Shown here: positions 19,465-30,181 of the stretch, piece after piece | Layout of the letters: every line of letters begins with the position of its first letter | Position numbering within the stretch: the stretch's first letter is position 1 | DNA from: a virus | Taxonomy: Duplodnaviria; Heunggongvirae; Uroviricota; Caudoviricetes | DNA: 64,000 bases | Virus record (IMG/VR): IMGVR_UViG_3300033463_000001 | Location: 83,298 to 147,297 of that record | Reading direction: 5' to 3' (one strand) | Translations under genes and position numbers: made by a program | The notes under the pieces: generated by a model | Database searches by the model: none | Seen by the model: the letters and a program-made list of their open reading frames with translations, nothing else | Told to the model about the DNA's origin: nothing

Positions 19465-21336
19465 ATGATTGAAGATTTAAAACAAATAGGATTTGAATAC
19501 GCTAAGTGCTATAACGACAAAAGCAGGATTTACCTTATCGAGCATTACTTCACAACGAACAATGCCGGTGTGGTAACTCCTTTCTTGTTATTCCCAAGGC
19601 AGAAAGCATTCCTACATAGCCTAGCAGAATATAACAAAACAATAGCAATCAAGCCTCGTCAGGCCGGTATTACAACTACTACTGCAGCATGGACGGCAAG
19701 TCAGATTATCATGGCAGGAATGAACGCCCCGGAGACAGTATTGTGTATTGCAAACAAGCTTGAGATGGCGCAAGATATGCTCAAGAAAATAGAAGCATTC
19801 CTAGAACAGGCTCCAAGGTGGTTGTGGGGAAATAATGAATACTACTCCACAGACCCAACTTCAGAAAAAAACAAGCAGCCAATCTTTATTCGTCAAAACA
19901 GCAAAGAGTTGCTTTTGTTTAATGGATGTCGTGTCGTTGCAAAATCTTCAAAAGAAAATGCTGCGCGTGGTGTGTCTGCAGTATCTATCCTAATTCTGGA
20001 TGAGGCAGCATTTATTGAAAACGGTAAAGATGTTTATGCTTCTGCAGTTGCTGCTACGGCATCTGTGAAAAACGCACGTATCGTCATGGTGTCAACTCCA
20101 AACGGTAAAGACGCTTTGTACTATGACACATATGAGAAAGGTCTCGATAAAGTTAACGGTTATAATGTTGTTGAATTCCGGTGGTACCAAGACCCACGTT
20201 TCAACAAATACCTTACATGGCATAAAACCAACGAGGAGACTGGCGAAGTTGAAGTTATTGCAGAGCCTACAATCGGCAACGATGGTACAATACCATATGA
20301 TGAAGAGAAGTGGCACGACCTCGTACAGGATGGTTGGAAGCCAAGTTCTCCGTGGTACGTTTCTATGTGCGAATCGTTCAATAACAACTCGATTAAAATT
20401 GCACAAGAGCTTGATGTATCATTCCTTGGTTCTAGCGCAACAGTATTGCCGTCTGACACAATAGAGATGCAACGCAACACAAACATGCGTGACCCGATTA
20501 CTGAGATGTCCGACCCGCTCGTTCCTGAGATGTGGTTCTGGAAGCCTCCAATAGAAGGTCATAAATACATTGTATGCTGCGACCCGTCTCGTGGCGACTC
20601 ATCAAGCGCCGATAACACAGCAATCGAAATTATCGACATGAATGGTGTCGATGAAAACGGTATGCCGATTATCGAGCAGGTGGCCGAATACGTAGGTAAG
20701 CGTCCTGGTGATGAAATAGGTGAGATGCTGTATACATATGGCAAACTCTACAACGATGCGTTGATAATTGTCGAGGCAATCGGTGGTGTTGGAGACCCGG
20801 CGCTTATTATGCTTCAACGTATGGGATACACCAACCTGTATTTCGACGATGAGAACCTTAAAACATATGTTTCTCAGACTGACACGTATAGGTACAAAGC
20901 TGTTGGTGGCGACCCGAATAAAGTTCCTGGTTGGCGCTCAAACTCGTATCGTATGCAGATGCTTACGAATTTTGCTACAATGGTTAAAACAAACCAGTAC
21001 AAGATACGTTCTATCCGCACGATACACGAATTAGAGACGTGGGTATTTAAGAATGGGCGCCCAGACCATATGAACGGCCAACACGACGATACAATTACAA
21101 GTACAGCAATGGGTTTATTCGTGTTGATATACTCAATCAACAAGTCTAACTCGTCAATCGAAAAGGATAAGGCCATATTGAGCGCCTATGTAACAACTAG
21201 TCATGCTACAAGCACGCAAGCGAACTACAGGACATATGTATCGAGCATAAGTGCTCGCCCGAATAATACCATCTACACGACAACATCCAGTAAGAAAAAC
21301 GGTGGAAATGTGTACGCTTGGTTATTTGCTAGGTAG
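19465..21336 (+). CDS. terL: Terminase large subunit (T4 gp17-like)
   Basis: KPRQAGITT, LILDEAAF, VSTPNG, nuclease CDPSRGD...D and HDD. Confidence 0.93.
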   Translation: MIEDLKQIGFEYAKCYNDKSRIYLIEHYFTTNNAGVVTPFLLFPRQKAFLHSLAEYNKTIAIKPRQAGITTTTAAWTASQIIMAGMNAPETVLCIANKLEMAQDMLKKIEAFLEQAPRWLWGNNEYYSTDPTSEKNKQPIFIRQNSKELLLFNGCRVVAKSSKENAARGVSAVSILILDEAAFIENGKDVYASAVAATASVKNARIVMVSTPNGKDALYYDTYEKGLDKVNGYNVVEFRWYQDPRFNKYLTWHKTNEETGEVEVIAEPTIGNDGTIPYDEEKWHDLVQDGWKPSSPWYVSMCESFNNNSIKIAQELDVSFLGSSATVLPSDTIEMQRNTNMRDPITEMSDPLVPEMWFWKPPIEGHKYIVCCDPSRGDSSSADNTAIEIIDMNGVDENGMPIIEQVAEYVGKRPGDEIGEMLYTYGKLYNDALIIVEAIGGVGDPALIMLQRMGYTNLYFDDENLKTYVSQTDTYRYKAVGGDPNKVPGWRSNSYRMQMLTNFATMVKTNQYKIRSIRTIHELETWVFKNGRPDHMNGQHDDTITSTAMGLFVLIYSINKSNSSIEKDKAILSAYVTTSHATSTQANYRTYVSSISARPNNTIYTTTSSKKNGGNVYAWLFAR

Positions 21337-21393
21337 TTTTTGTTGTTTCTAAAAATGAAACTGCTATATTAACAATTAGATAATTTTATCATT

Positions 21394-23394
21394 GTGGCAA
21401 ATAAGACTTTGACAATATATCAACGGATGGACAGAGTCCTTAACGCTGATTCTCCCGCAGACAGAAGTGAACCACGTCGCGTCAACACGTACAACATTAC
21501 ACCGAGTGTGTCAGACGATATCCTTTATCGCACAGACAACAAAGAAGAGTACGACCTTAAAAAGTTGACGATGCAGCAGGATGCATTCCTTGCTCGCCAG
21601 TGGAAAACTTCAAGTCACAACATCTCTGCTAAGCAACAGCTTAACGGACTTACGTTGCTGAACCTGATGTATCGCGACGCTGACCTCATGGATACATTCC
21701 CTGAGATTGGTGCTGCATTGACGTTATATTCAGACGAAGCAACCACACTCGACCAGCAAGGTAAGATGTTTAATATCACATCTTCTTCGCCACGAGTTAA
21801 AGCAATCCTTGAGGACTTGTTTGTTAAACGGCTCAACTTGAACGTATGGGCGCCGCGTATTATCCGTAACATGTGTAAATACGGTAACACGTATATGCTC
21901 ATGAAGATGCAAAGTAATCGAGGCGTTGAAGCATGGCGTGAGATGCCGGTATATGAGATGCAACGTAATGAAGATGGCGTATCTCCGTACTGGTACAGCA
22001 ACGATAATGCCAAGAATGATAAAAGTACTAAGGTTCCGTCGACGACATTCGTTTGGATGGGTAACACGGACGGCCAAACTCCGGCTAGTGAGTTTAAGGA
22101 TTGGCAAATAGCGCACTTCCGTATTCTCACAGATTCTGTTTTCTTACCGTACGGGCAATCCATATTAAACTGCGCGCGTAGGCATTTTAGGATGCTCTAC
22201 ATGATGGAGGACTCCATGCTCATCTACCGCCTCGACCGGTCTATTGAGCGCCGAGTATTCAAAGTATATGTTGGTGGCATCGATGATAAAGACGTTCCGG
22301 CTTACGTTGACCAAGTTATTAACCAAACAAAGCGTGGTTCTATTATTGACCCACAGACCGGACAAATCGACATTCGCAAAAACTGGGCTTCTGTTGTAGA
22401 TGATTACTACATCCCGGTTCGCGACATGAACGCACCTAACCCGATTGAGACATTGCAAGGAGCACAGAACCTTACTGCCATAGACGACATAAAGTTCATG
22501 CAAAACAAAGTGTTCACGGCACTGCGTGTACCGAGGGCATTCTTGAGCTTTGACGAGTCTACCGGAGAAGGTAAAAACCTTGCTATGATGGACGTTCGCT
22601 TCGCGCGTGCTGTCAATAGGATTCAGTTGGCATTCATCGAGGAGTTGACACGTGTTGCAATTATCCACCTCATACTTCTTGGTCTCAAGGATGAGCTCAC
22701 CAATTTCTCTATATCAATGAACAACCCGTCATCTCAGGCTGACACTCTTGCATGCGAATTGATGCAAAAGAAACTCAGCTTGGTAAGGGATGCGGTTCAA
22801 GATAACGGAAACGGCATACAAACGCTGTCACTGCAACGCGCGTTGAAGATGTTCCTTAACTTCTCCGAGGAAGATATTAAAGAAAACTTTAATGAGATAC
22901 GTCTTGAGAAAGCACTTGCCGAGGAATTGAATAAGACGCCTGAGATTATTAAACGCACACATATCTTCGACCCGGTTGATAGGCTGTATGGCGAACCAGG
23001 TGCTGAATATTCAAGCGCTGGTGGTGAAGATGGAGATGGCGGTCCTGGTGGAGCACCTGGCGGAGGAGGCGGTGGCTTCGGAGGCGGAGGTGACTTCGGT
23101 GGCGGGCTAGACGCAATCTCTGGTGATGAAGGTGCCGGTGAAGTAACAGGCGAAGAGGGCGAAGCACCAATGGGTGAAGTAACTCCTGCCGGAATGGCTC
23201 CTGAAGCACCAGCACCTGGAAATCCAGGAGAGACTACAGCTCCTGAACCTCCGGTAAATCCGAATGAGGGTAAAAAACCAAAGGGAAATGGTAAACTACT
23301 CACAGAGGATAAAGTTCTCTTAGATACCAAGAATCTCATGCAGAACGCTTTTACCGAAATGATTAGTGAAATCGACAAACAAATAGAAAGCTAA
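21394..23394 (+). CDS. Portal protein (T4 gp20-like)
   Basis: PEIGAAL, PYGQSIL, MEDSMLIYR..RSIERRVFKVYVG, DDYYIP, ALRVP; Gly/Pro/Glu-rich tail. Confidence 0.92.
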   Translation: MANKTLTIYQRMDRVLNADSPADRSEPRRVNTYNITPSVSDDILYRTDNKEEYDLKKLTMQQDAFLARQWKTSSHNISAKQQLNGLTLLNLMYRDADLMDTFPEIGAALTLYSDEATTLDQQGKMFNITSSSPRVKAILEDLFVKRLNLNVWAPRIIRNMCKYGNTYMLMKMQSNRGVEAWREMPVYEMQRNEDGVSPYWYSNDNAKNDKSTKVPSTTFVWMGNTDGQTPASEFKDWQIAHFRILTDSVFLPYGQSILNCARRHFRMLYMMEDSMLIYRLDRSIERRVFKVYVGGIDDKDVPAYVDQVINQTKRGSIIDPQTGQIDIRKNWASVVDDYYIPVRDMNAPNPIETLQGAQNLTAIDDIKFMQNKVFTALRVPRAFLSFDESTGEGKNLAMMDVRFARAVNRIQLAFIEELTRVAIIHLILLGLKDELTNFSISMNNPSSQADTLACELMQKKLSLVRDAVQDNGNGIQTLSLQRALKMFLNFSEEDIKENFNEIRLEKALAEELNKTPEIIKRTHIFDPVDRLYGEPGAEYSSAGGEDGDGGPGGAPGGGGGGFGGGGDFGGGLDAISGDEGAGEVTGEEGEAPMGEVTPAGMAPEAPAPGNPGETTAPEPPVNPNEGKKPKGNGKLLTEDKVLLDTKNLMQNAFTEMISEIDKQIES

Positions 23395-23423
23395 TACGTA
23401 TTTATTGGTATATAACGAATGCG

Positions 23424-24308
23424 ATGAAGAAGAAACAATTACAAGAGATGTGGTCTGCTAGCCTATTGAATAGCGCTAGCTGCATCACGATAGACGATTA
23501 TGCCAACGCTGAGAAATTCATGGCCGAGGCGATTAACCATCTGAATAGCATGCGTACCGAATACGAGTACTATTCACACCCGATTACAAACTTCGGAGTC
23601 CTCAATCGTCTCGTATCCGAGAATCTTGATGAACTGCAGAATAACTTCCCTGAGTTTATTAACGAGTGGACTGCGACGATTAAATCAGATAAAAACCTGC
23701 GCGCGCAATACTTGATGTACGAGGGGTTGAATGATTTCGACAAATCTTTCGATGCGCCTAAATACATCACGGAGTCTGTTCGCATTGCTTCTGAGGATAT
23801 CGACGCGGCAACGTTACTTGAAAGTAATATGAAAGCTTTTGAGCTTCTAAAAAAACACGAGCTTATCATTCCGGACACTCTCACCGAAGCTGACGAGAAA
23901 TACTATGGCGCTTGCCAATACATGCTCGAACACAAGAAAGATAATCTCACACTGTCAGAGCACTCCAAAGCGACACAAATCGCTTCTGAGTATATCAAGG
24001 AGGCAAGTGAGCACAAAGCACAAAGCGCGCTTTCGTCTCTAGCTGAAAACGTAAACCAGTTAACGAAAGATGAATATGCCATTGTTGAGGCCGCCATGGG
24101 TGATGAGGAGAAACAACAGGAAGTTTTCAACAATCTCAAGGACGAATGCTTAAAGAAGGTAAACGGCGAGATTGAGAAAGCACAAGACGATGACGAAGAT
24201 GGTAAAGCGCGTTTAGCAAACATCAAAGAGGCTTTGAGTAAAAAGCAATTTAACGCTAAAACTTTCAAAGAGGACATCGTCAAGCTGGTATCATTCGCAG
24301 AAATTTAA
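23424..24308 (+). CDS. Hypothetical helical head-assembly protein
   Basis: 294 aa following portal; late box at 23399-23405. Confidence 0.55.
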   Translation: MKKKQLQEMWSASLLNSASCITIDDYANAEKFMAEAINHLNSMRTEYEYYSHPITNFGVLNRLVSENLDELQNNFPEFINEWTATIKSDKNLRAQYLMYEGLNDFDKSFDAPKYITESVRIASEDIDAATLLESNMKAFELLKKHELIIPDTLTEADEKYYGACQYMLEHKKDNLTLSEHSKATQIASEYIKEASEHKAQSALSSLAENVNQLTKDEYAIVEAAMGDEEKQQEVFNNLKDECLKKVNGEIEKAQDDDEDGKARLANIKEALSKKQFNAKTFKEDIVKLVSFAEI

Positions 24309-24370
24309 TATTTTAGCGACCGTTTTTAACAAGAATGCACTATATTAATAGTGCATTTATTTTTTTATAC

Positions 24371-24808
24371 ATGGCAACAAAAGGAGAAATTCACTACAAC
24401 CAAGAGTTTAAGGCATATACAACTCATGGACATAAATATGCCTACGGAACAACAGACAGGTATGCTGGCGATAGCGTTTACATCTATTACAAGCCGGCCA
24501 TGCAAATCTCACAGAAAATCAACGTGACGGATGTAGAGAGGAAAATCACATCAAAACTTCGTGCACTAATGAATAAGGCGGTGTTGGAGTATCCGGAGTT
24601 TAACAAGTCTTATATCTTAGACTTCCAATTCTCTAATAAAGTTTTCACACCTGGTATTAAAAGTAAACTTTCTTTAGAGGTGTTTCTATCTACAGTAAAC
24701 AAATTCAAAAGCCCAGACGTGCATAAAAATGCACTATCTGCCATTTCAAACCTACTAATTGGCCACATAGACGAGGAAATTAAGGACTTTGCAGCTATTT
24801 ATGGATAG
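24371..24808 (+). CDS. Hypothetical protein
   Basis: ORF preceded by an ACTATATTAAT box near 24340. Confidence 0.55.
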   Translation: MATKGEIHYNQEFKAYTTHGHKYAYGTTDRYAGDSVYIYYKPAMQISQKINVTDVERKITSKLRALMNKAVLEYPEFNKSYILDFQFSNKVFTPGIKSKLSLEVFLSTVNKFKSPDVHKNALSAISNLLIGHIDEEIKDFAAIYG

Positions 24809-24829
24809 TAAATATTTGCGCAAGAAACT

Positions 24830-26503
24830 ATGAATTTACAACAACGTCGCGTCTTAACAAAAAATGCGATTGAGAATAAAATCACCCACGGTAAAAAACT
24901 ACAACTTGCCAAGGCAAAATTGTCAGCACCAAAAGTACATGTGCTATCTCTAAAAGCAGCACATGATGTTGCTATTGCACCTGAATTCGTAAACCCGATT
25001 CTTACGACGCCAGAAGCAGTTGCAAATCAACCAGCTAATATACTAGAAACCATGGAACATCAAGTTATCACTTTTGATAGAACGAACAATAAGCGTGTTT
25101 TGTGTTGTATTGTATGCCACAATGAAAACGCAAACTGCGAATACCTACTTGATTCGCTAGAGGGTGCAATGGATACTAAGGTAATAGACTGTGCAAGTGC
25201 AGTTAAAAATAACCGTTTCATCCTATGCGACAATCTGATGTTTGGAGGTGCGTACAACAAGGCTATAGAACTAATGATTGAAGGTGGATACGACTGGTTG
25301 TTATTCTTTGCCGGTGACGTCCAGATTGATAAACGTAATATGTCTGCGCTTATCAATGAGGTTAATATGGTGAAACAGTCTACAAACATCGGCGTATGGG
25401 TACCATGTACGACACAAGATAGTCATGATTGTGGTGAAAACCGATATACAGGTAGCAACATGATGTATGTAACCAAACATATCGATGGTTATGCAACGCT
25501 TGTTCGTGCTGACGTTGTTAAAAATTCACAGCCGGCAATTAAAGAGATTGTTCTTGGTTGGGGTATTGATTGGTACGAACGGTATGAAGCCCAAAAACTC
25601 GGTCTGATGACTGTTGCTGATGATAGTGTATGTGTTAAACATCCCTGGGGAACAAGCTACAACGCATCTGCTGCAGACTTGGAAGCTATTGCGGTAAAGC
25701 GCAAATATTATCCTACATTTGAGCGGGCGTCAAAAACTGGATGGACACACGTGTGTGTATATGATGGTATCACTACGAATATCTACATCTGTACACACAA
25801 AGATTTTGTACCGTCGGTTTCTAACCCTGCATATCACGTTATTAAACGCTCTGATGTCACTATAACAGACTCACATGGACTATCAGTAGTTCAGACAAAC
25901 GAAGATAATTCTGATTTCTCATTCCAGCGTTCGTATGGTGAAACATACTTCTTACTACATAATGATGTACCAAAATGCGATAACGTAGGATACTGCCATT
26001 ATCGGCGATACTTTACAGAAATGGATGATATCTATAAAATAAACGCCGAATTGATATCGCACAAAGCTATTGTATTCAACCACGCTGTCTTGTCGCCGAA
26101 TATTGCAAGGCACTACGCAATGTGCCATAACGGCAATGATATCATTGAGGTGTTCAACTATGCGAAAGAGTATTATCCAGACCGCGTTAATGAAATAGAC
26201 GATTTCTTGGTACACAACCAGGTATTCTATCCCTGCAATTCATTTATTACGAAATACGACATTTACATGGAATTAAAGAAATTCTTGCTTTACGTATTCG
26301 GCCGCTATAACGCGGTTCATAAAATACGTACACAAGATGACGTCGTGAATTATGTGCAAAACAACCTTGATAAATTCCACAATAGGGATGTACAATATCA
26401 AGCACGTCTCCATGGATTCCTAGGCGAACGACTTACCTCATTCTTCTTCAAACATGTCGTTGGGGATGTTATTGAATCAAATATGGTTTTAACAAATTCG
26501 TAA
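24830..26503 (+). CDS. Bifunctional glycosyltransferase: GT-A (GT2-like) plus DUF4422 (GT111-type galactofuranosyltransferase)
   Basis: FGGAYN...FFAGDV...GWGID in the first half; IYICTHK, YGE, GYCHYRRYF, NSFI, GFLGERL in the second half. Confidence 0.75.
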   Translation: MNLQQRRVLTKNAIENKITHGKKLQLAKAKLSAPKVHVLSLKAAHDVAIAPEFVNPILTTPEAVANQPANILETMEHQVITFDRTNNKRVLCCIVCHNENANCEYLLDSLEGAMDTKVIDCASAVKNNRFILCDNLMFGGAYNKAIELMIEGGYDWLLFFAGDVQIDKRNMSALINEVNMVKQSTNIGVWVPCTTQDSHDCGENRYTGSNMMYVTKHIDGYATLVRADVVKNSQPAIKEIVLGWGIDWYERYEAQKLGLMTVADDSVCVKHPWGTSYNASAADLEAIAVKRKYYPTFERASKTGWTHVCVYDGITTNIYICTHKDFVPSVSNPAYHVIKRSDVTITDSHGLSVVQTNEDNSDFSFQRSYGETYFLLHNDVPKCDNVGYCHYRRYFTEMDDIYKINAELISHKAIVFNHAVLSPNIARHYAMCHNGNDIIEVFNYAKEYYPDRVNEIDDFLVHNQVFYPCNSFITKYDIYMELKKFLLYVFGRYNAVHKIRTQDDVVNYVQNNLDKFHNRDVQYQARLHGFLGERLTSFFFKHVVGDVIESNMVLTNS

Positions 26504-26504
26504 T

Positions 26505-27623
26505 ATGAAACAATACGACTATGTAATAGTTGGAGCCGGAATCTACGGCTCCACATTTGCTCACTTTGCAACAAAGGCTGGTAAAAAATGCCTTGTGATA
26601 GACAAACGTCATCACGTTGGAGGTAATATATACTGTGAAAACATTGAGGGTATTAACGTGCACAAGTATGGCGCGCACATATTCCATACTAATAATAAAG
26701 AAGTGTGGGATTTTGTCAACTCGCTTGTTCCGTTCAATCGATATACGAATAGTCCAGTCGCAAATTACCATGGCGAATTGTATAATTTACCATTCAACAT
26801 GAACACATTCACAAAAATGTGGCCTGATGTTCATACGCCGGCAGAAGCTATTGCTCGCATTGAAGAACAAAAACAGGATGCAGTTAAAGCTCTTAACGGT
26901 CGGGAGCCTGGTAATCTAGAAGAACAAGCTCTTTGTCTTGTTGGAAAAGACATTTTCAAAAAACTCATCAAGGAATACACTGAAAAACAGTGGGGGCGTG
27001 ATTGCAAAGACCTACCGGCTTTCATTATTAAGCGTGTTCCAATTCGAATGACATTTGATAACAATTACTTCAACGATGCATATCAAGGAATTCCTATTGG
27101 AGGATTTAATGTTCTTATCGACAAACTCCTTGAAGGTTCAGATGTGCGTCTCGGTTATGATTTCTTCGAGCATAAAGATGAATTAAAAGAACTTGCGGAA
27201 ACAATTGTATACACCGGTCAGCTTGATGAGTATTTCGATTTCAAACTAGGTCACCTAGATTGGAGGGCGGTCTCATTCAAAACACGTGTAGAGGATACAC
27301 CGAACTATCAGGGTGTTGCTGTAATGAATTTCACATCTCACGAGCAACCGTACACGCGCGTCATCGAGCATAAGCACTTTGAAAGTTTCGGAAAAGACGT
27401 ATACGACAATCCAAAGACAGTTGTCAGCGAGGAATATAGTACAGAGTTCCATATTGGCATGGAACCGTATTACCCCGTAAATGACGATAGGAATAACGCG
27501 CTTGCTGAACAGTACAGAGAGTTAGCATCGAAAGAGAAAAACGTGATATTTGGTGGCCGGCTGGCTGAGTATAAGTATTACGACATGAATGTCATCATAG
27601 AAAACATAATGAAACAACAATGA
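26505..27623 (+). CDS. glf: UDP-galactopyranose mutase
   Basis: VIVGAGIYG, GGNIYCE, HKYGAHIFHT, YTEKQWG, YFNDAYQGIP, EPYYP, GRLAEYKYYDM. Confidence 0.96.
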   Translation: MKQYDYVIVGAGIYGSTFAHFATKAGKKCLVIDKRHHVGGNIYCENIEGINVHKYGAHIFHTNNKEVWDFVNSLVPFNRYTNSPVANYHGELYNLPFNMNTFTKMWPDVHTPAEAIARIEEQKQDAVKALNGREPGNLEEQALCLVGKDIFKKLIKEYTEKQWGRDCKDLPAFIIKRVPIRMTFDNNYFNDAYQGIPIGGFNVLIDKLLEGSDVRLGYDFFEHKDELKELAETIVYTGQLDEYFDFKLGHLDWRAVSFKTRVEDTPNYQGVAVMNFTSHEQPYTRVIEHKHFESFGKDVYDNPKTVVSEEYSTEFHIGMEPYYPVNDDRNNALAEQYRELASKEKNVIFGGRLAEYKYYDMNVIIENIMKQQ

Positions 27624-28621
27624 ATATCTTAATCACAGGTGTTGCCGGACTGATTGGCAGTCGCTTCGCCGATTATTTGCTAAAAACAACAGACAATACG
27701 GTAGTTGGTATCGACTGTCTTGAAGAGTGGGGAAACTGTAAAGAAAACATCCCTGATGGTGTAATATTTTTCAAACGCGACTTATCAAGGGATAGTGTGC
27801 GTGATATCTTTGAACAATATCACTTCGATTTGGTTTACCACTTCGCTGCATATGCTGCAGAGGGACTTTCTCCATTTATGCGAATGTTCAACTACAGCAA
27901 CAATATTGGTGCAACTGTAAACATTATCAACGAATGCATCCGTTTCTCTGTAAAGCGCCTCGTATATACGTCTTCGATGTCTGTATACGGTCACGGCGTT
28001 AAACCTGGTACGCGTTTCACTGAGGAAGACCCGTTGGCGCCAATCGACCCGTATGGAACAAGTAAGTTCGCTTGTGAGAATGATATAAAGATAGCCGGAG
28101 AACAACACGGACTTGACTGGTGTATTATTCGCCCTCATAACGTATTCGGCGCAAATCAAAACGTCAATGATAGATATCGCAACGTGCTTGGAATATGGAT
28201 GCATCAAATTTACCACGGCGAGCCAATTCTCGTTTACGGAGACGGTAATCAAACACGAGCTTTCACAGAAGTAACTAACATCTTACCGTGTTTGTTAACT
28301 GCCGGAGTAGCAGACCAATGTTCGAAGCAGATTATCAACCTTGGTGGTATCAAGGAGTTTACAATCAATGAAGCAGCGAAGATTCTGTGTGACATCACCG
28401 GATATGACAACATTATTCACCTAGAGCAAAGGCACGAGGTAAAATACGCAGTACCGACATTCCAGAAATCCATTGACCTATTAGACTACAAAGAGGATAT
28501 ATCATTCAAGGATGGTCTTGCAAATATGTGGGAGTGGGCTAAGAATGGTAGGATTCACGACTGGTTTGTCTGGAACAATTTCGAGTTAGACAAAGGAATC
28601 TATAGTTACTGGAAGAAGTGA
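27620..28621 (+). CDS. NAD-dependent epimerase/dehydratase (UDP-hexose 4-epimerase-like)
   Basis: TGVAGLIG, HFAA, TSSMSVYG, YGTSK, GDGNQTRAF. Confidence 0.88.
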   Translation: MNILITGVAGLIGSRFADYLLKTTDNTVVGIDCLEEWGNCKENIPDGVIFFKRDLSRDSVRDIFEQYHFDLVYHFAAYAAEGLSPFMRMFNYSNNIGATVNIINECIRFSVKRLVYTSSMSVYGHGVKPGTRFTEEDPLAPIDPYGTSKFACENDIKIAGEQHGLDWCIIRPHNVFGANQNVNDRYRNVLGIWMHQIYHGEPILVYGDGNQTRAFTEVTNILPCLLTAGVADQCSKQIINLGGIKEFTINEAAKILCDITGYDNIIHLEQRHEVKYAVPTFQKSIDLLDYKEDISFKDGLANMWEWAKNGRIHDWFVWNNFELDKGIYSYWKK

Positions 28622-28622
28622 T

Positions 28623-29237
28623 ATGGAAGAGGTTAAAACCTCAGAACAATATGGATGCACGATTGTAGAACACATAGACGGAAAGCGCAAACCACTATGT
28701 GTTCTTGGCGTTCTACTTACACCGAGAGGTATTGAGATTCGTGATGAGATGATATCAGTTCTTTCTCCGTATTATCACGTATACGAGGTACAGCAGCAGG
28801 AACCAGGAGTGTTGTTTGAATACCCGGCGCTTCGGTTCATGCAAGAGCTATGTCTATATCAACATCAGCCATGTCTCTATCTACACACTAAAGGTGCTGC
28901 ATCAAACGGCTCCATGCAATCTAGGGTGCGTAAAATGTGGTATCACGAGTTTCTCCATTGTATAGATTGGTACATGCAGCAAACAGACACGACATATCCT
29001 GTTGTTGCGTGTCCATTCACTGGAACTGGAAGACAGACGTGGTTCAACGGTTTTTATGCGAATGAATATGCAATGGCTAGTGTAAATATAGAACCAAATG
29101 CTGACCGATATCATTTTGAATCGTTATTCAGAGATTATCATCACGTTCGCATTGAAGCACGCATCGACAACGATGTTAGTGAAAGAAAAATACCTGACAT
29201 GTTTCACAAGGTGAGAACCATCTCACAATCTGTTTAA
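28623..29237 (+). CDS. Putative glycosyltransferase-like protein (YLHTKG motif)
   Basis: FEYPAL...LYLHTKG...WFNGFYAN...RYHFE; last gene of the sugar cassette. Confidence 0.5.
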   Translation: MEEVKTSEQYGCTIVEHIDGKRKPLCVLGVLLTPRGIEIRDEMISVLSPYYHVYEVQQQEPGVLFEYPALRFMQELCLYQHQPCLYLHTKGAASNGSMQSRVRKMWYHEFLHCIDWYMQQTDTTYPVVACPFTGTGRQTWFNGFYANEYAMASVNIEPNADRYHFESLFRDYHHVRIEARIDNDVSERKIPDMFHKVRTISQSV

Positions 29238-29255
29238 TTCTTAATATATGGAGAT

Positions 29256-29295
29256 AAGCGGGCTATTCGATGAATAGTTCGCTTGTTTTCTTTTT
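29256..29295 (+). terminator. Intrinsic terminator closing the glycan cassette
   Basis: aagcgggctattc/gaatagttcgctt stem and T-run. Confidence 0.75.
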
Positions 29296-29336
29296 GGTGA
29301 TGTATTTATAGATAGGCAATAATCTGCATATACATT

Positions 29337-29477
29337 ATGGATACGCTAAAAGATATATACAAAATCGAGGAACCGGATTTGAGATGGATGCACGGCGGGA
29401 TTTTTTATGGCCTTAACGGAGCAACTCCGGAATATGATTCTGGTTCGACAGAAGAGGAAACAGTAGAAAGTATTTAA
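29337..29477 (+). CDS. Small 46 aa ORF upstream of the prohead protease
   Basis: MDTLKDIYKIEEPDLRWMHGGIFYGLNG...ESI*; after late box 29303-29309; stop 2 nt before the protease ATG. Confidence 0.55.
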   Translation: MDTLKDIYKIEEPDLRWMHGGIFYGLNGATPEYDSGSTEEETVESI

Positions 29478-29479
29478 CA

Positions 29480-30181
29480 ATGGCTCAGAAGAAACTACAG
29501 GAAATAAAGAAAGGTGAAACCGGAACCGGTCTCTTAATTGAGAACGACGGTTATATCTCTGTTGACTTTGGTAACAACAAAGCCATTTGCGAAGGTATTA
29601 CAAAAGATGGTGGCTGGAATGTTCCAAATCCATTCATCCTGGATACTGTCTTCCAAAAGTATGACATCAAGAATGCTAATGGCCGTATATATCCGAAAGA
29701 AGTCCTGCAGCGCGAGGTTGATAAATATCAACAAAAAATTCGTGAGCGCAGGGCCACAGCAGAAGCAGACCACCCAAGCGAGACAACCATTAGCCTACGT
29801 GGAATTTGCTTAAACGTTGAGGAATTACACTGGGAAGGACAAACGCTTTGTGGAAAAATCAGACTTCTAACGAGTGAGGGATTTAGACGATACGGTGTTA
29901 TCAGTAATCAAGGCGACCAGGTAGCAAACCTCATTCTTTCTGGAATCAAAATTGGCGTATCATCGCGTGGCGTTGGTTCGGTCGAACAGAAGTACGGCCA
30001 AACAATCGTTGGTAATGATTATGAATTGATTTGTTTCGATGCCGTAACAGAACCGAGCACGCCGAATGCGTGGATTATGACTGAACCGGAAACAGAAAAG
30101 CAAGCATATGTGGAAAGTAAGCAATCCAAAGACTCTATTTTGGCAGAAAAAATCAACAAAATGGAGCTAATCCTACTTTAA
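29480..30181 (+). CDS. Prohead core protease (T4 gp21-like)
   Basis: NANGRIYP, EADHP, IGVSSRGVGS, FDAVTEPSTPNA. Confidence 0.93.
   Translation: MAQKKLQEIKKGETGTGLLIENDGYISVDFGNNKAICEGITKDGGWNVPNPFILDTVFQKYDIKNANGRIYPKEVLQREVDKYQQKIRERRATAEADHPSETTISLRGICLNVEELHWEGQTLCGKIRLLTSEGFRRYGVISNQGDQVANLILSGIKIGVSSRGVGSVEQKYGQTIVGNDYELICFDAVTEPSTPNAWIMTEPETEKQAYVESKQSKDSILAEKINKMELILL

Noticed and set aside
23010-23290. GGC/GGT-rich repeat-like DNA
   Set aside because: It encodes the Gly/Pro/Glu low-complexity portal tail and is not an independent repeat element.
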